From Microcoleaceae cyanobacterium (lineage in GTDB: Bacteria; Cyanobacteriota; Cyanobacteriia; Cyanobacteriales; Microcoleaceae), in assembly GCA_051652765.1 (NCBI GenBank), contig JBOFUV010000028.1, positions 1-57,117 on the forward strand: a stretch of 57,117 bases of DNA, given 5' to 3'. The stretch's first letter is position 1. Each line of letters starts with the position of its first letter. Made by a program: the position numbers and the translations under genes. Below are positions 29,569 through 40,138 of this stretch, one piece after another. The notes beneath the pieces were generated by a model. That model searched no databases. It was not told where the DNA came from and saw only the letters and a list, made by a program, of their open reading frames with translations.

Positions 29569-29970
29569 ATGCCAAACATGATGCCAACTCCCACTGCAAC
29601 GACTTCTGCTCAAACGGTTGAACTTTCCCCTAGCTATCTTCTCCCTGCGGCTATCCTTTTAGGCGGTTTGGCATTGATTTTAATCCAAAAATGGTTGGGT
29701 ATAGCAATCATGATTTTTGGCTTATTTTTAATGATTCAAACTGCAACAATCCGACTCCAGTTTACTGAAGTTGCTTTGGAGGTTTATCGATCAGGTCAGC
29801 TAATTCGAAGCTTTCCTTACAAAAATTGGTTGAATTGGGAAATTTTCTGGTATCCTGTACCGATTTTATTCTACTTCAAAGAGGTGAACAGCATTCATTT
29901 TCTCCCCATACTGTTCAATGCGGAGATCCTGAAATCCTGCTTACAAGAACGTTGTGGGAATTTGAAGTAG
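29569..29970 (+). CDS. DUF3119 family protein
   Basis: VELSPSY, RLQFT..ALEV, PILFYFKEVNSIHFLPILF. Confidence 0.85.
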   Translation: MPNMMPTPTATTSAQTVELSPSYLLPAAILLGGLALILIQKWLGIAIMIFGLFLMIQTATIRLQFTEVALEVYRSGQLIRSFPYKNWLNWEIFWYPVPILFYFKEVNSIHFLPILFNAEILKSCLQERCGNLK

Positions 29971-30123
29971 GGGTTTCTCAAAGATTTAAAGGATTCAACG
30001 CACCTAAACTAGGTAATGGTATGAGAGAATACCAAACGGGAACTCCCCTAGATCCGCAGGTTCAGATATTCAGGGAATTTGTGACTCTAGGGCTCTCATC
30101 TTGCTGCATCTAATCAATGTACA

Positions 30124-31170
30124 ATGCCAACTTCAAAATCTTCAACGCCTTTAACAGTCGCTTGGTCTACTCCAAAAAGACGCTTGCGGATTGATCACTT
30201 AGTTGATAAAAACTCTCCCCTTGCGTTTCAGATTTCTTCGGGTTCTGATGTCGTTCAAGGCTTAACTCAAACCCCTAAAGTCCTTCCTCCTAAATACTTT
30301 TATGATGATCAGGGGTCACAACTCTTTGAGCAAATCTGTGAGCTACCGGAATATTATCCAACCCGAACAGAAACTGCGATCTTATTAAAGTGTGCTGCAG
30401 AGGTCGCTCGTCTAACCGGCCCTTGCGAATTAGTAGAGTTGGGAAGTGGTAGCTCTACAAAGACTCGAATTCTTCTTGATGCTTATCAACAGTTAGGACA
30501 CCCACTTTACTATTTACCGATTGACGTTAGCGGCGGGATTTTAGAGCAAAGCGCCTATGAACTGTTGCGAGATTACCAGACGCTCCAGATTCGTGGATTG
30601 GTCAGTACTTATGAGTTGGCCCTAGCAACCTTAGAATCCTCCCAGTTACCGGCTCGGATGATCTGTTTTCTAGGAAGCACTTTGGGGAATTTAAATCCCA
30701 CTGAATCCAATCAATTCTTTACTCAAATTACAGCAGCTTTGCAGCTCGGCGAATATTTTCTCCTAGGCATTGATTTAAACAAACCTCAAGAAATTTTGGA
30801 AGCCGCTTACAACGACAGCCAAGGAATCACAGCAGCATTTAATCTCAATATGTTGCACCATCTTAATCATCGATTCCAGGGAGATTTTGATTGCGCTCAA
30901 TTTGAACATTCAGCTTTTTATAACTCAGAGGAGTTTCAGATTGAGATGCATTTAAAAAGTCTACAACCGCAAGCCGTAACTTTAGAGCACTTGAATCTGA
31001 CGATTCAGTTTGAAGCTGGAGAAACAGTGCGGACTGAAATCTCGCGGAAGTTCGATTTGTTGCGTCTGGAAAGCGACTTAAAATCCTACGGTCTAGAAAT
31101 TCTCCAAACCTGGACAGATGAACAGCAGTGGTTTGGAGTTTTGTTGTGTCAGTTGAACTCTAGAGAGTAG
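30124..31170 (+). CDS. egtD: L-histidine N-alpha-methyltransferase (ergothioneine biosynthesis)
   Basis: PKYFYDDQGSQLFEQICELPEYYPTRTE, LVELGSGSSTKT, AYNDSQGITAAFNLN, TEISRKF. Confidence 0.93.
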   Translation: MPTSKSSTPLTVAWSTPKRRLRIDHLVDKNSPLAFQISSGSDVVQGLTQTPKVLPPKYFYDDQGSQLFEQICELPEYYPTRTETAILLKCAAEVARLTGPCELVELGSGSSTKTRILLDAYQQLGHPLYYLPIDVSGGILEQSAYELLRDYQTLQIRGLVSTYELALATLESSQLPARMICFLGSTLGNLNPTESNQFFTQITAALQLGEYFLLGIDLNKPQEILEAAYNDSQGITAAFNLNMLHHLNHRFQGDFDCAQFEHSAFYNSEEFQIEMHLKSLQPQAVTLEHLNLTIQFEAGETVRTEISRKFDLLRLESDLKSYGLEILQTWTDEQQWFGVLLCQLNSRE

Positions 31171-31284
31171 AAATCTAGAGAGTAAAGCAACTATTTGCAA
31201 GGTGGGCAACCAACGCTCACCTGCACAGCTTGGAACCAAATTTTCAGGCCACTGTTAAAGTCTCTTGCAGTCGCAGTCATCAGT

Positions 31285-31656
31285 TCACTCTTCAATCGAT
31301 TCAAGAGTTGTGGGTTGAACCTGTTGCTCAGTATTCAACTGACTTAACCCTGCAACAGAAAGCGTCAAAAACACCAGGCTACTGATGACAGCGGCCAGAG
31401 AGAGCCCCCGAGTTAAGCGGAGATCCCGACTAATCCGAGCGATTGGATGGCTTTGCCGTCGCAACATATGTCCGGCTGCCCACTTCTGAAAACAGAACGG
31501 ATCTCGAACGAAGTGGCCACTTTTGCTAATCACAAAATGAGTATGACAATGGGGGCAGGTAAATAAGCCCCCCAGCATTCCTAGAGAAGATAGGAAGCTC
31601 GTGTGATGACAAATTGGACAGGTGACGGAGTAGGTGTTGAAAGTGTCAGCGTTCAT
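31285..31656 (-). CDS. Hypothetical protein with zinc-ribbon (CPIC...CPHC) and C-terminal TM helix
   Basis: Two CxxC pairs, hydrophobic C-terminal segment. Confidence 0.7.
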   Translation of the reverse strand: MNADTFNTYSVTCPICHHTSFLSSLGMLGGLFTCPHCHTHFVISKSGHFVRDPFCFQKWAAGHMLRRQSHPIARISRDLRLTRGLSLAAVISSLVFLTLSVAGLSQLNTEQQVQPTTLESIEE

Positions 31657-31824
31657 AACAAAGGTTCACTGAGTTAGTTTAGGCGAACGAGGTCTGCAAT
31701 TAATTCGCTGCACCTGTTGCCTCAGCAGTTGCGATAGCCGTTGCTCTCTCTCTCTAGTCTACCTCTACTCACCCTGCAATCAACCCCGGAAAATACGGAG
31801 ATTGATTTTTTCCTAATATCGATC

Positions 31825-32625
31825 TTAATATCCAGTCTCTAGCGTCCAGTCTTGCAGGGTTTTGAGTCCAACAACACAGGTGAAATTATATTGCAAGGGA
31901 GTGATTGAAATATAGTTCTTCCGCAGGGCTTCAACATCAGTTGGAAAGTGGGCAGCAAGGTCAGAGTCTTGCGCTTGTTCTACCTCTTCTAAAACTTCCC
32001 CTGCCAGCCAATAATAACTTTTGCCCCGAGGGTCAACTCGTTTCTCAAAGGTATCAATGTAACGCCGAATTCCCTGACGAGCCAAGGTGACTCCGACAAT
32101 CTGCGACTCCTCAACTGCTGGAATATTGACATTCAGGAGCATCGTCTTAGGCGAGGGCTGTTGTTCAAACTGAGCTAAAAGCGTTCGGGCAAATTTAACT
32201 GCAGGCTCAAACTCTCGAGAGGAGTAATTGCCCAAGCTAAAGGCAATGCTAGGAATCCCTTCAATCATGCCTTCCATGGCTGCCGACACCGTGCCGGAGT
32301 AGAGTACATCGGTTCCCAGGTTGGGGCCATGATTAACGCCCGCTAATACAAAATCGGGCCGTTCGTCTAACAAACCAAATAGAGCAAGTTTCACGCAATC
32401 GGCTGGAGTCCCTGAACAAGCCCAGGCTTTTACGGTTGAATGAAACACGGCTTCTATCAGTTCAGCTCGAATCGGCTGATGTAGGGTTAACCCGTGACCC
32501 GTTGCTGACCTTTCCTGATCGGGACAAACCACCGTCACTTCATGGCCAGCTTCGGCAAGATGGTTGGCCAAACTACGGATTCCCTGGGCAAAAATGCCAT
32601 CATCATTGCTAATTAAAAGTTTCAT
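31825..32625 (-). CDS. surE: 5'/3'-nucleotidase SurE
   Basis: [36 protein letters not shown]. Confidence 0.96.
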   Translation of the reverse strand: MKLLISNDDGIFAQGIRSLANHLAEAGHEVTVVCPDQERSATGHGLTLHQPIRAELIEAVFHSTVKAWACSGTPADCVKLALFGLLDERPDFVLAGVNHGPNLGTDVLYSGTVSAAMEGMIEGIPSIAFSLGNYSSREFEPAVKFARTLLAQFEQQPSPKTMLLNVNIPAVEESQIVGVTLARQGIRRYIDTFEKRVDPRGKSYYWLAGEVLEEVEQAQDSDLAAHFPTDVEALRKNYISITPLQYNFTCVVGLKTLQDWTLETGY

Positions 32626-32777
32626 TTTAAAAGTTTCATTGAACCCCTAAACTTCCGTCCTTTCACAACTGAGCCCCTGTTATTCCTAGACTAGAACAGT
32701 GTAATCTTATGGTAAGCCTTTTAACGATTGTCGTAATCTAATTGTCCTAACGTTCAACTCTAGAATTCAAGCCAAAA

Positions 32778-33779
32778 ATGACCATGCAAGTGACCGATTT
32801 GGAGGCTCAACTTCAAGACCTGGGCCAAGACGCTCAAACCACCATTGCCCAATGCAAAACCCTAGATGACTTGGAACAGCTACGAGTGAGTTACCTGGGG
32901 AAAAAAGGGAAGTTATCAGTCGTATTGGGGGCGATGGGGAAACTGGATGGCAGCGATCGCCCTCGAATTGGTGCCCTCGCGAATGAAGTCAAAGAAGTTT
33001 TGCAAACGGGCTTAGACCAAAAGCGGACAGATCTGTTGAATGCCGAGTTAGCGGCCAAACTGCAAACAGAAACCCTGGATGTCACCATGCCGGGGGTTTA
33101 TCGACCGCAAGGCCAGATTCATCCGTTGAATGGGCTGATTGATCGGGCCTTAGACATCTTTGTTGGGTTGGGGTACACCGTGTCCACCGGGCCAGAAATG
33201 GAAACGGACTATTACAACTTTGCAGCATTGAATATGCCCCCTGACCATCCGGCCCGGGACATGCAGGATACGTTCTACTTGCCCGATGGCAACCTGCTCC
33301 GCACCCATACTTCCCCCGTTCAAATTCGGTATATGGAGCAACATCAACCCCCGATTCGGGTTGTTGCCCCTGGGCGAGTTTACCGTCGGGACACCGTAGA
33401 TGCCACCCATGCCGCCGTATTCCACCAGATTGAACTTCTGGCTATTGATGAAGGATTGCGGTTTACAGACCTCAAGGGCACGATTAAGGAATTCCTCCGC
33501 CAGATGTTTGGTGACTTGCCGGTGCGCTTTCGGGCAAGTTATTTTCCCTTTACAGAACCCTCCGCCGAAGTTGATTTGCAATGGCAAGGACGATGGCTAG
33601 AAGTCCTCGGTTGCGGCATGGTTGATCCAAACGTGTTGAAGGCTGTGGGCTACGATCCTGAAAAATACACAGGGTTTGCCGCTGGATTTGGGGTAGAACG
33701 GTTTGCGATGGTACTCCATCAACTCGACGACATTCGCCGCGTTTATGCCAGTGATCTCCGCTTTCTGCGACAATTCTAG
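32778..33779 (+). CDS. pheS: Phenylalanine--tRNA ligase alpha subunit
   Basis: [44 protein letters not shown]. Confidence 0.97.
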   Translation: MTMQVTDLEAQLQDLGQDAQTTIAQCKTLDDLEQLRVSYLGKKGKLSVVLGAMGKLDGSDRPRIGALANEVKEVLQTGLDQKRTDLLNAELAAKLQTETLDVTMPGVYRPQGQIHPLNGLIDRALDIFVGLGYTVSTGPEMETDYYNFAALNMPPDHPARDMQDTFYLPDGNLLRTHTSPVQIRYMEQHQPPIRVVAPGRVYRRDTVDATHAAVFHQIELLAIDEGLRFTDLKGTIKEFLRQMFGDLPVRFRASYFPFTEPSAEVDLQWQGRWLEVLGCGMVDPNVLKAVGYDPEKYTGFAAGFGVERFAMVLHQLDDIRRVYASDLRFLRQF

Positions 33780-33830
33780 ACATTCTGACTAGACATGCTA
33801 ATTCGTGGTGCACACTAAGGAGTTGAACGG

Positions 33831-34631
33831 ATGAGGAAATTGAATCCCCTGGGGCTTGGATTGACTGTGTTGTTAGTCGTTCCCTGGATTATTGAGTTTG
33901 GCGCTGTTGCAGCTAGCGACGGTTCTCCTGCTCGATTCTCTTCCATTCAGGTTGCTCAAGAGAAACCTGAAGAAAAGCCTGAAGAGAAACCTGAAGCAAC
34001 TTCCGAAGAGAAACCTGAAGAGAAACCGGAAGAAAAGCCCCAGCAGGCTGAAGAAACTGAAAAGCCAAAGCCTGCCACTGAACAAGCGCCCCTAGCAACC
34101 ACCTCCCGTTGTCGTAGAGTGATTCAGCCCCGTGGGCTAATCGTTCGGCAGCGCCCTACCCCCAATTCTCCGGTGGTCGGCAATGTGGCCTATAACCAGG
34201 AAGTCACCCTCGTGCCAAATTTTCAGGGAATTCGCGGGCCAGATGGTCGTTCCTGGGTTGAGATTACAGGGCCAGTTAAAGGGTTCATTTCCAACGGCTA
34301 TTCTGACGGGTGGAGCAACTTAGTCCTCTGTTCAGGTGATACTGGGTCTAAGCCCCCTGAAGAGCCCCCTGAGAAACCTCCTGAACAACCCTCAGCTAAT
34401 CTTTGTCGGCGGATTGATCGGCGGGCGGCTCCTCGGGGTGTTGTGGTCCGAGCTAAACCTTCCCGTTCTTCTGAACAAGTCGGCGGCATTCCGACAGGAG
34501 AAGAAGTCACTCTAGTGAAAGGCTATAAGTTGATTCCCGATCCAGATAAAGAACCTCGAAATTGGATCGAAATCACCGAGCCTGTAGCAGGATTCATCTC
34601 TGCTAACGTATTGGTTATGTGTTCGAAGTAA
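33831..34631 (+). CDS. Secreted protein with two bacterial SH3-like domains and EEKP repeats
   Basis: N-terminal hydrophobic leader, (EEKP)n linker, two GL/V.VR..P....G.....VTL...W.EI..PV.GFIS units. Confidence 0.8.
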   Translation: MRKLNPLGLGLTVLLVVPWIIEFGAVAASDGSPARFSSIQVAQEKPEEKPEEKPEATSEEKPEEKPEEKPQQAEETEKPKPATEQAPLATTSRCRRVIQPRGLIVRQRPTPNSPVVGNVAYNQEVTLVPNFQGIRGPDGRSWVEITGPVKGFISNGYSDGWSNLVLCSGDTGSKPPEEPPEKPPEQPSANLCRRIDRRAAPRGVVVRAKPSRSSEQVGGIPTGEEVTLVKGYKLIPDPDKEPRNWIEITEPVAGFISANVLVMCSK

Positions 34632-34638
34632 AAAAGTT

Positions 34639-34674
34639 CTGTGGTAGTTCAGGAAAATACCTGAACTACCACAG
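34639..34674. terminator. Perfect 15-bp stem-loop between convergent genes
   Basis: CTGTGGTAGTTCAGG-AAAATA-CCTGAACTACCACAG. Confidence 0.75.
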
Positions 34675-34688
34675 GAATTGCGAAACCT

Positions 34689-35672
34689 CTAACGGTTTTG
34701 CAGTTTCTCTTGAATTAGTCTCACCGCATTGATGATCACCCTGGGCTGATCCACCCAAACAAAATGACTACTTTCATCGGCTTGCAGTTGCGAAGAATTT
34801 TCAGACAATTTCAGCAGTTCTGGGTGCATTTGTTCTCGCAATTGATTGGCAGACCTGAGGGGAATTGCCCAAGTCCAAAGGGAAGGCTTGAAAAAACTTT
34901 TGGCTTTTATACTCACAATCGGCATCTCACCAAACTGCTGAGCAATACTCACTTGCCGTCCACTGCGATCCAGATTTAACAGTTCTTGGCTCATGGTGAT
35001 CCAATGTTTAGGACGGCAAAAAGAGCGTTTCACATAAGATAGATCTAACTTAGATAACTGTCTCAGTTCGGGTTTGACAAGTTCAAAGACACCCAAAGTT
35101 TTCAGGACACGAACAATGCCTAGAACTGTCCCTAAAACTGACATGAAAAACCCAGAGATAAAGAAAAGTTTTAAGGCTTTTAATTGAATTGGCATCTTCA
35201 GCATTCCAGCTTCATGCAAACCATCCGTCAACACCATCCCAACAACTTTTTCAGGAAAAGAATAGGCATAGAGCCGAACGTTGTAACTGCCAAAAGAATC
35301 TCCCACTAAAATGTAGGGTGGTTCAATGTTTGCCCGGTTTAACAATGCATCCAATTCCAAGACAATCTGCTGACTAGTTCGAGGATAGGGACTGCGATCG
35401 CTCCAACCGTATCCCGCCCGATCATAAATACAAACCCGGCCCAATTGAGCCAATTCTTCAATCAAAAAATACCCTTCAATTCCCCCCAGACTATGATCTA
35501 AAACAATCGTTGGATGAGTAGGATCAGAATTCCCTTTGCTGTAGAGATGCAGGGAGTAGCCACCAATATCAAACCGCTGACCAGGAGGCGAAACTCGATC
35601 TTCAAAGTAGCAAGCGATCGTCTGATAAAGTGTGGTAATTCCAAGTAGGAAAACTCTGATGTCAATTAACAC
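34689..35672 (-). CDS. Alpha/beta fold hydrolase
   Basis: YDRAGYGWSD, LVGDSFG (GxSxG), SSHFVWVDQP. Confidence 0.9.
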   Translation of the reverse strand: MLIDIRVFLLGITTLYQTIACYFEDRVSPPGQRFDIGGYSLHLYSKGNSDPTHPTIVLDHSLGGIEGYFLIEELAQLGRVCIYDRAGYGWSDRSPYPRTSQQIVLELDALLNRANIEPPYILVGDSFGSYNVRLYAYSFPEKVVGMVLTDGLHEAGMLKMPIQLKALKLFFISGFFMSVLGTVLGIVRVLKTLGVFELVKPELRQLSKLDLSYVKRSFCRPKHWITMSQELLNLDRSGRQVSIAQQFGEMPIVSIKAKSFFKPSLWTWAIPLRSANQLREQMHPELLKLSENSSQLQADESSHFVWVDQPRVIINAVRLIQEKLQNR

Positions 35673-35802
35673 GTTCTATTGCTCATAAAACAACAATAAT
35701 ATTCAGGAACTCTATTCAGATTGCAAAATCAGATGTTCGAGTCAGATCTTGTTGGGGATTGCGATCGCTCGATCTCCTGACAAAGCCAAAATTTGCTGAA
35801 GT

Positions 35803-37155
35803 TTAAAGCTCAAGCCAAGCTCTCATTTTACCAGGATTCAGTAATCCGTAAGGATCAACACGTTGCTTAAACTTTAACTGCTCAAGATTGACAGTTTTCA
35901 TGCCCCCATCTTCCAAAAAATACGTGTGGGGATTAAAAATCAATGCTCCTTGATCTTCATGATAACGAATGATTTCATTTAATCGACTTTCAGTTGTAAA
36001 TTTCACAATTTGTAGAGCGGCGGCTGCAACCTGTCCCTGGGCTCTAATAAATTCCAAATGGGGAACAACTTCGTCACCAAAGTGTTGATAACACTGTTCA
36101 ATTAATGTTAGGTTTCTATCCGGAGGAAACAAGGTTTGTAAATAAGTTAAAGATGGATCAACACTGCGAGCATGTAACGTTGTGTGATTCCAAGTATATT
36201 CAATAATCGTGGTTCCCTTACCCAATTCTTGGGGTAATTTTTGATAGCAAACTTTGCCGTTGAATGCTTTAATTAACTCTTGAAAGGGTTCCAAACTCGG
36301 CTCAGCAATCATCACTAATGCCCAGTGTTCGCCCTCTGAAATAATGTCTCGAAATGCCGCAAAGTAAGCAGGAATTGGCCATGCACAAATACAGATTAAT
36401 TTACTAACGATACCATCGGCCTCTCCTAATGCCTGACCGAAGGTTGCAGCGGCCATAAACTCTTCAAAACTAACGATTAATTCTGCCCAAGGATAGGTTG
36501 GCGCGAGGGGAATTTCTAAGGCTGTAATGATTCCGTTGGTACCATAGGCATGGTTCACGCTTTGGACTTGATCGCCTCGGAGTTCTAACACTCGAGGTTC
36601 ATCTTCCATCGTCACCACTCGAACGCCATGAAGATTGCCGCGATCGCGCAATTGACCATAATTAATTGAGCCGATCCCACCGCTACCGCCGCTAATAAAT
36701 CCACCAATCGTTGCTGTCTTGTAGGTGGAGGGAACCATACGTAATTCCCAGCCCGTGGCTTGGGCCTGCTTGTCAAAGGCGGCTAACTTGACTCCTGGCT
36801 CTACACAGGCTGACCCTGGCTGAATCCAATGAACTTGATTCATTTTGGAGAGGTCTAAAATGACACCCCCTTGCAACGGCACACATTGTCCATAATTCCC
36901 TGTTCCTGCTCCCCGAACAGTCAAAGGAATTCGGCGCTGTACACAAACCCGAGCGACTTGTAAAACCTCAGCTTCACTGACAGGGCGGACGACAATCTCT
37001 CCCACTTTTCCACTCAGAAGCCCTTGTAAAATCGGACTAAAATGATGATAGTCCTGGGAGAGCTTGGTGACTTGAGTGCGATCGCGAATCACTTCAATGT
37101 TGGCAAGCTCGGCGCAGACTTCATCCCAATTGATCTTCTGTGGGGCAGGTGACAT
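35803..37155 (-). CDS. FAD-binding oxidoreductase (FAD_binding_4/PCMH type)
   Basis: TVRGAGTGNYGQ, VEPGV, TIGGFISGGSGG, C-terminal DPYGLLNPGK. Confidence 0.9.
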   Translation of the reverse strand: MSPAPQKINWDEVCAELANIEVIRDRTQVTKLSQDYHHFSPILQGLLSGKVGEIVVRPVSEAEVLQVARVCVQRRIPLTVRGAGTGNYGQCVPLQGGVILDLSKMNQVHWIQPGSACVEPGVKLAAFDKQAQATGWELRMVPSTYKTATIGGFISGGSGGIGSINYGQLRDRGNLHGVRVVTMEDEPRVLELRGDQVQSVNHAYGTNGIITALEIPLAPTYPWAELIVSFEEFMAAATFGQALGEADGIVSKLICICAWPIPAYFAAFRDIISEGEHWALVMIAEPSLEPFQELIKAFNGKVCYQKLPQELGKGTTIIEYTWNHTTLHARSVDPSLTYLQTLFPPDRNLTLIEQCYQHFGDEVVPHLEFIRAQGQVAAAALQIVKFTTESRLNEIIRYHEDQGALIFNPHTYFLEDGGMKTVNLEQLKFKQRVDPYGLLNPGKMRAWLEL

Positions 37156-37239
37156 AGGCTAGAGATAAGGGGTTTGATCGAGCTTTGCAGGTTTCACTTT
37201 AGGAATGAGAATTGAATAAACCCTAAAAAATAAACCTTT

Positions 37240-37351
37240 AGGACTTACGCAGTTAAGCATTCTTTGGCCCCCCAGCCCCCAATACTGGGGGAGCCGGATT
37301 TCTCAAGATCCCCCAGTATTGGGGGATTTAGGGGGCAAGTGCGTAAGTCCT
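37240..37351. mobile_element. MITE-like element, second copy, 12-bp TIRs
   Basis: AGGACTTACGCA (37240-37251)...TGCGTAAGTCCT (37340-37351); shares G[C/T]TAAGCATTCTTTGGCCCCC and GGGCAAG with the 6461 copy. Confidence 0.82.
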
Positions 37352-37539
37352 GACCTTGAAATTTTGTGGGTTGGGTATCTTCCCGTGCAGACCTGAAAGC
37401 CTGCACCACAGACATCTCATGAATTATTCCTGAGTGTTATACCCATGTCACCTAATCTGCGACCTTTAGACAACTTATTTGGGGGAAAACTCAAGTTAGC
37501 CATCTACCCTCTGTCTTAACCCATTGTAATGTACCTACC

Positions 37540-37857
37540 GTGTCCATTTCTCCTATGACAACTCTGACAATTGCTCAACGGCTAGAACGCTACACTGAAA
37601 AGTGCCCTCAAGAGGTTTTAGTCGTCAAGATTTTGATCAATCAAGAACCGGATGAAATCCTAGTTTTCAAGGGGTTTTCCAGTTCTTTGGGCCGCCCGAC
37701 GGCGTTTGATCCAGATGTTCCCGTACTCCCGGATACGGCTGAAATTCTGACCATTGATCGAGTTCATAGTCCCTACAATCTAGCAAAACCTCGGTATATT
37801 CAACGGAACTTAACTTGGGAAACATTTCAACAGTTGCTTTCTGAGGCGGGAGCTTAG
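37540..37857 (+). CDS. Conserved cyanobacterial hypothetical protein
   Basis: RLERYT..PQEVL, VFKGFSSSL..PTAFDPDVPVLP, IDR..SPYN; start GTG 37540 or ATG 37555. Confidence 0.8.
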   Translation: MSISPMTTLTIAQRLERYTEKCPQEVLVVKILINQEPDEILVFKGFSSSLGRPTAFDPDVPVLPDTAEILTIDRVHSPYNLAKPRYIQRNLTWETFQQLLSEAGA

Positions 37858-37943
37858 GATTGTGAAGACAATCGCTGCTACCGTTGTATCTACCTGAAAG
37901 AAACCCGAACAAAACCAGAAAGAAATTAGCAGGATAGTGGATT

Positions 37944-38945
37944 ATGTCGAATAGTTTGAGAATTGCCACGTTTAACATTGAAAATCTGGATGATAAACCC
38001 TCAAAAAGTCAGAGTGAACCCACGTTTGAGGAACGGATCGCCGTGTTGCGCCCTCAGCTTAAGCGCTTGAACGCGGATATTCTCTGTCTACAGGAGGTTC
38101 ACAGTCAAAAAGAGGCTGATGGTCAGCGTCAACTGCGAGCCTTAGACCGTTTGCTCCAAGAGACCCCCTATGCTGACTACCATCGGGTGGCCACTCAAGT
38201 CGAGGTGAATGGTCAGCTTCAGTTCAATTCGGAGCGCAATTTAGTGATTCTAAGTCGGTTTGCCATCCTCAAAAGCGCCCAATATTTGAATCATTTAACA
38301 ACTCCTCCCCTCTACCAGTTTGTGACGGCGACTCCAGCCCAGACGAGTCCTGAAGAAATTGGCTGGGAACGCCCGATTCTCCACGCGACGATCCAATTGC
38401 CCAATGACCAAGTGGTAGAGGTGCTCAATCTCCATCTAAAATCGAAGCTGCCGACGGCAGTTCCTGGACAAATGAAGGATCGGTTTGCCTGGAAAACATC
38501 CTCGGGCTGGGCGGAGGGCTTTTTTGTCTCTTCGATCAAGCGGGTTGGTCAAGCCCTAGAAACTCGGTTGTTGGTTGACCAACTTTTTGATCAGAATGAA
38601 CAGGCTTTGATTGTGGTGTGTGGAGACTTTAACGCGGACTTTGACGAGGTTCCCATGGAGGCGATTCGGGGTCAGGTGGAAAATACAGGGAATGGAGATT
38701 TATCGCCTCGGGTGTTGGTTCCCTGTGAGACGAGTATTCCTGAAACGGCCCGGTATACTCTATTTCACCGAGGGAAAAAATGTATGCTCGATCATTTGTT
38801 AGTGTCGCGATCGCTCTTAGCCTACTACCAGGGCGCGGAGATTCATAACGAGTTGCTGCCGGATGAGTCGATTGCGTTTGCGACGGATAAGAAGTTCCCA
38901 GAAGCTGATCATGCCCCTGTAATTGCTCAGTTTGAGTTAGGGTAA
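37944..38945 (+). CDS. Endonuclease/exonuclease/phosphatase family protein
   Basis: ATFNIENL, DILCLQEV, HLKS, CGDFN, LDHLLV, DHAPV. Confidence 0.92.
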   Translation: MSNSLRIATFNIENLDDKPSKSQSEPTFEERIAVLRPQLKRLNADILCLQEVHSQKEADGQRQLRALDRLLQETPYADYHRVATQVEVNGQLQFNSERNLVILSRFAILKSAQYLNHLTTPPLYQFVTATPAQTSPEEIGWERPILHATIQLPNDQVVEVLNLHLKSKLPTAVPGQMKDRFAWKTSSGWAEGFFVSSIKRVGQALETRLLVDQLFDQNEQALIVVCGDFNADFDEVPMEAIRGQVENTGNGDLSPRVLVPCETSIPETARYTLFHRGKKCMLDHLLVSRSLLAYYQGAEIHNELLPDESIAFATDKKFPEADHAPVIAQFELG

Positions 38946-39067
38946 TTCCCTCTTCCTAAGTTCCTCCATGACTCAAGACCGGGATTCAAGGCCATTAACG
39001 CCTGAACCTCAATTCTCTATCCATGACTCAGAAGTTGGCGGATTTCCGACTGAGACTAAGTCCTAAA

Positions 39068-39120
39068 GGCCAGTTATGCTCTCTCAAATAGGTACTCTCT
39101 CAGAGGGAGTGCAACTGGCC
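39068..39120. terminator. Long imperfect stem-loop between convergent genes
   Basis: GGCCAGTTATGCTCTCTC...GAGGGAGTGCAACTGGCC (G-U pairs on + strand). Confidence 0.5.
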
Positions 39121-39145
39121 AAGACCTCTGTGTTAACAGGCTTTG

Positions 39146-39925
39146 TTAACAGGCTTTGGGCGGTGCAACCGATCCTGCATTAATTCGATTGAGGCCGCTT
39201 AAGTCCAGCAGTGCACTGTCGTATCGGACTTCTTGAGAGTTGATTTGTCGGCCCCGACGGACTTTTAATAAACCACTCGGGCCAAAAGTTGCAAAGGACT
39301 CTCCATCACTGAGAACTGAGAGAGACCTTCCCTTTTGTACTGCCATACCAGTGACTGTATTGCCATTAACCTTACCTGAGATACAAATCGCCTCTCCGTC
39401 AACATAAGCGAAAACACCCACTATGTTATTGGCTGCTTTGCGGAAGCGAAATAAAACGCCTCCCTTTTCTAACAACTCTTCATTCGTGACGACTGCATTA
39501 CTGGAGGAGCCATTCCAATAGCGATAGTTGCTATCTGCAAGACTTTGAATCTTTGAACTATTATTGGTGCTACTAGGAGAGGCTAAAACCTTAGCTTCCG
39601 TGATCAACATTACCTCTTCACTTTCCCCGCATTCGGGATTTCCCTGACAGGATTCTGCCATGATTTTGCCCGGTTTGTACGTAAGCTGAACTTGCTTGCC
39701 AACAAGATCCTGGTCACAAATATCAAATTCTGCAAACTGAGTAGAGGCTTGACCATTGCTATCGATCAGCTCAACATAACAGGCGCGATCGCCAGAAACT
39801 AACCGTTGAACTGTTGCAATGGTCGGAGGTTGATCTGCAAAAGTGGCTTTAGGCAGCGCGAGGAGAATTGAAAGGGCGATTACAACAACCCCAGAAAATT
39901 GAAAGACTTTTTTATGAAGGCTCAT
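39146..39925 (-). CDS. Secreted hypothetical two-domain protein
   Basis: Signal peptide ending ATFA, Cys-containing GDRACY...SCQGNPEC domain, Ser/Asn linker, second domain. Confidence 0.75.
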   Translation of the reverse strand: MSLHKKVFQFSGVVVIALSILLALPKATFADQPPTIATVQRLVSGDRACYVELIDSNGQASTQFAEFDICDQDLVGKQVQLTYKPGKIMAESCQGNPECGESEEVMLITEAKVLASPSSTNNSSKIQSLADSNYRYWNGSSSNAVVTNEELLEKGGVLFRFRKAANNIVGVFAYVDGEAICISGKVNGNTVTGMAVQKGRSLSVLSDGESFATFGPSGLLKVRRGRQINSQEVRYDSALLDLSGLNRINAGSVAPPKAC

Positions 39926-40070
39926 AGCAAAATAGATTGAGAGTAGAGATTAGTAACGGCAAAATCATACTCTTTTTTGATCAGGCGGATAGCAACTTTA
40001 TAATTTAGTTAACATTACAGCGGTTTTAGATTAAATCTTAGGTCGGAATTACGCAACGCTATTACAAATG

Positions 40071-40108
40071 AAAAAGGATATGCTGCCCGAATTCAGGCAG
40101 CATATTCT
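40071..40108 (-). terminator. Rho-independent terminator
   Basis: Minus strand AGAATATGCTGCCTGAATTCGGGCAGCATATCC followed by TTTTT, downstream of the 40139 gene. Confidence 0.75.
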
Positions 40109-40138
40109 TCAAGAATCTAATCTGGAGAGTAAAACACT

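Noticed and set aside
38968..39066. 32-aa ORF MTQDRDSRPLTPEPQFSIHDSEVGGFPTETKS before a hairpin
   Set aside because: No RBS or motif; expected by chance
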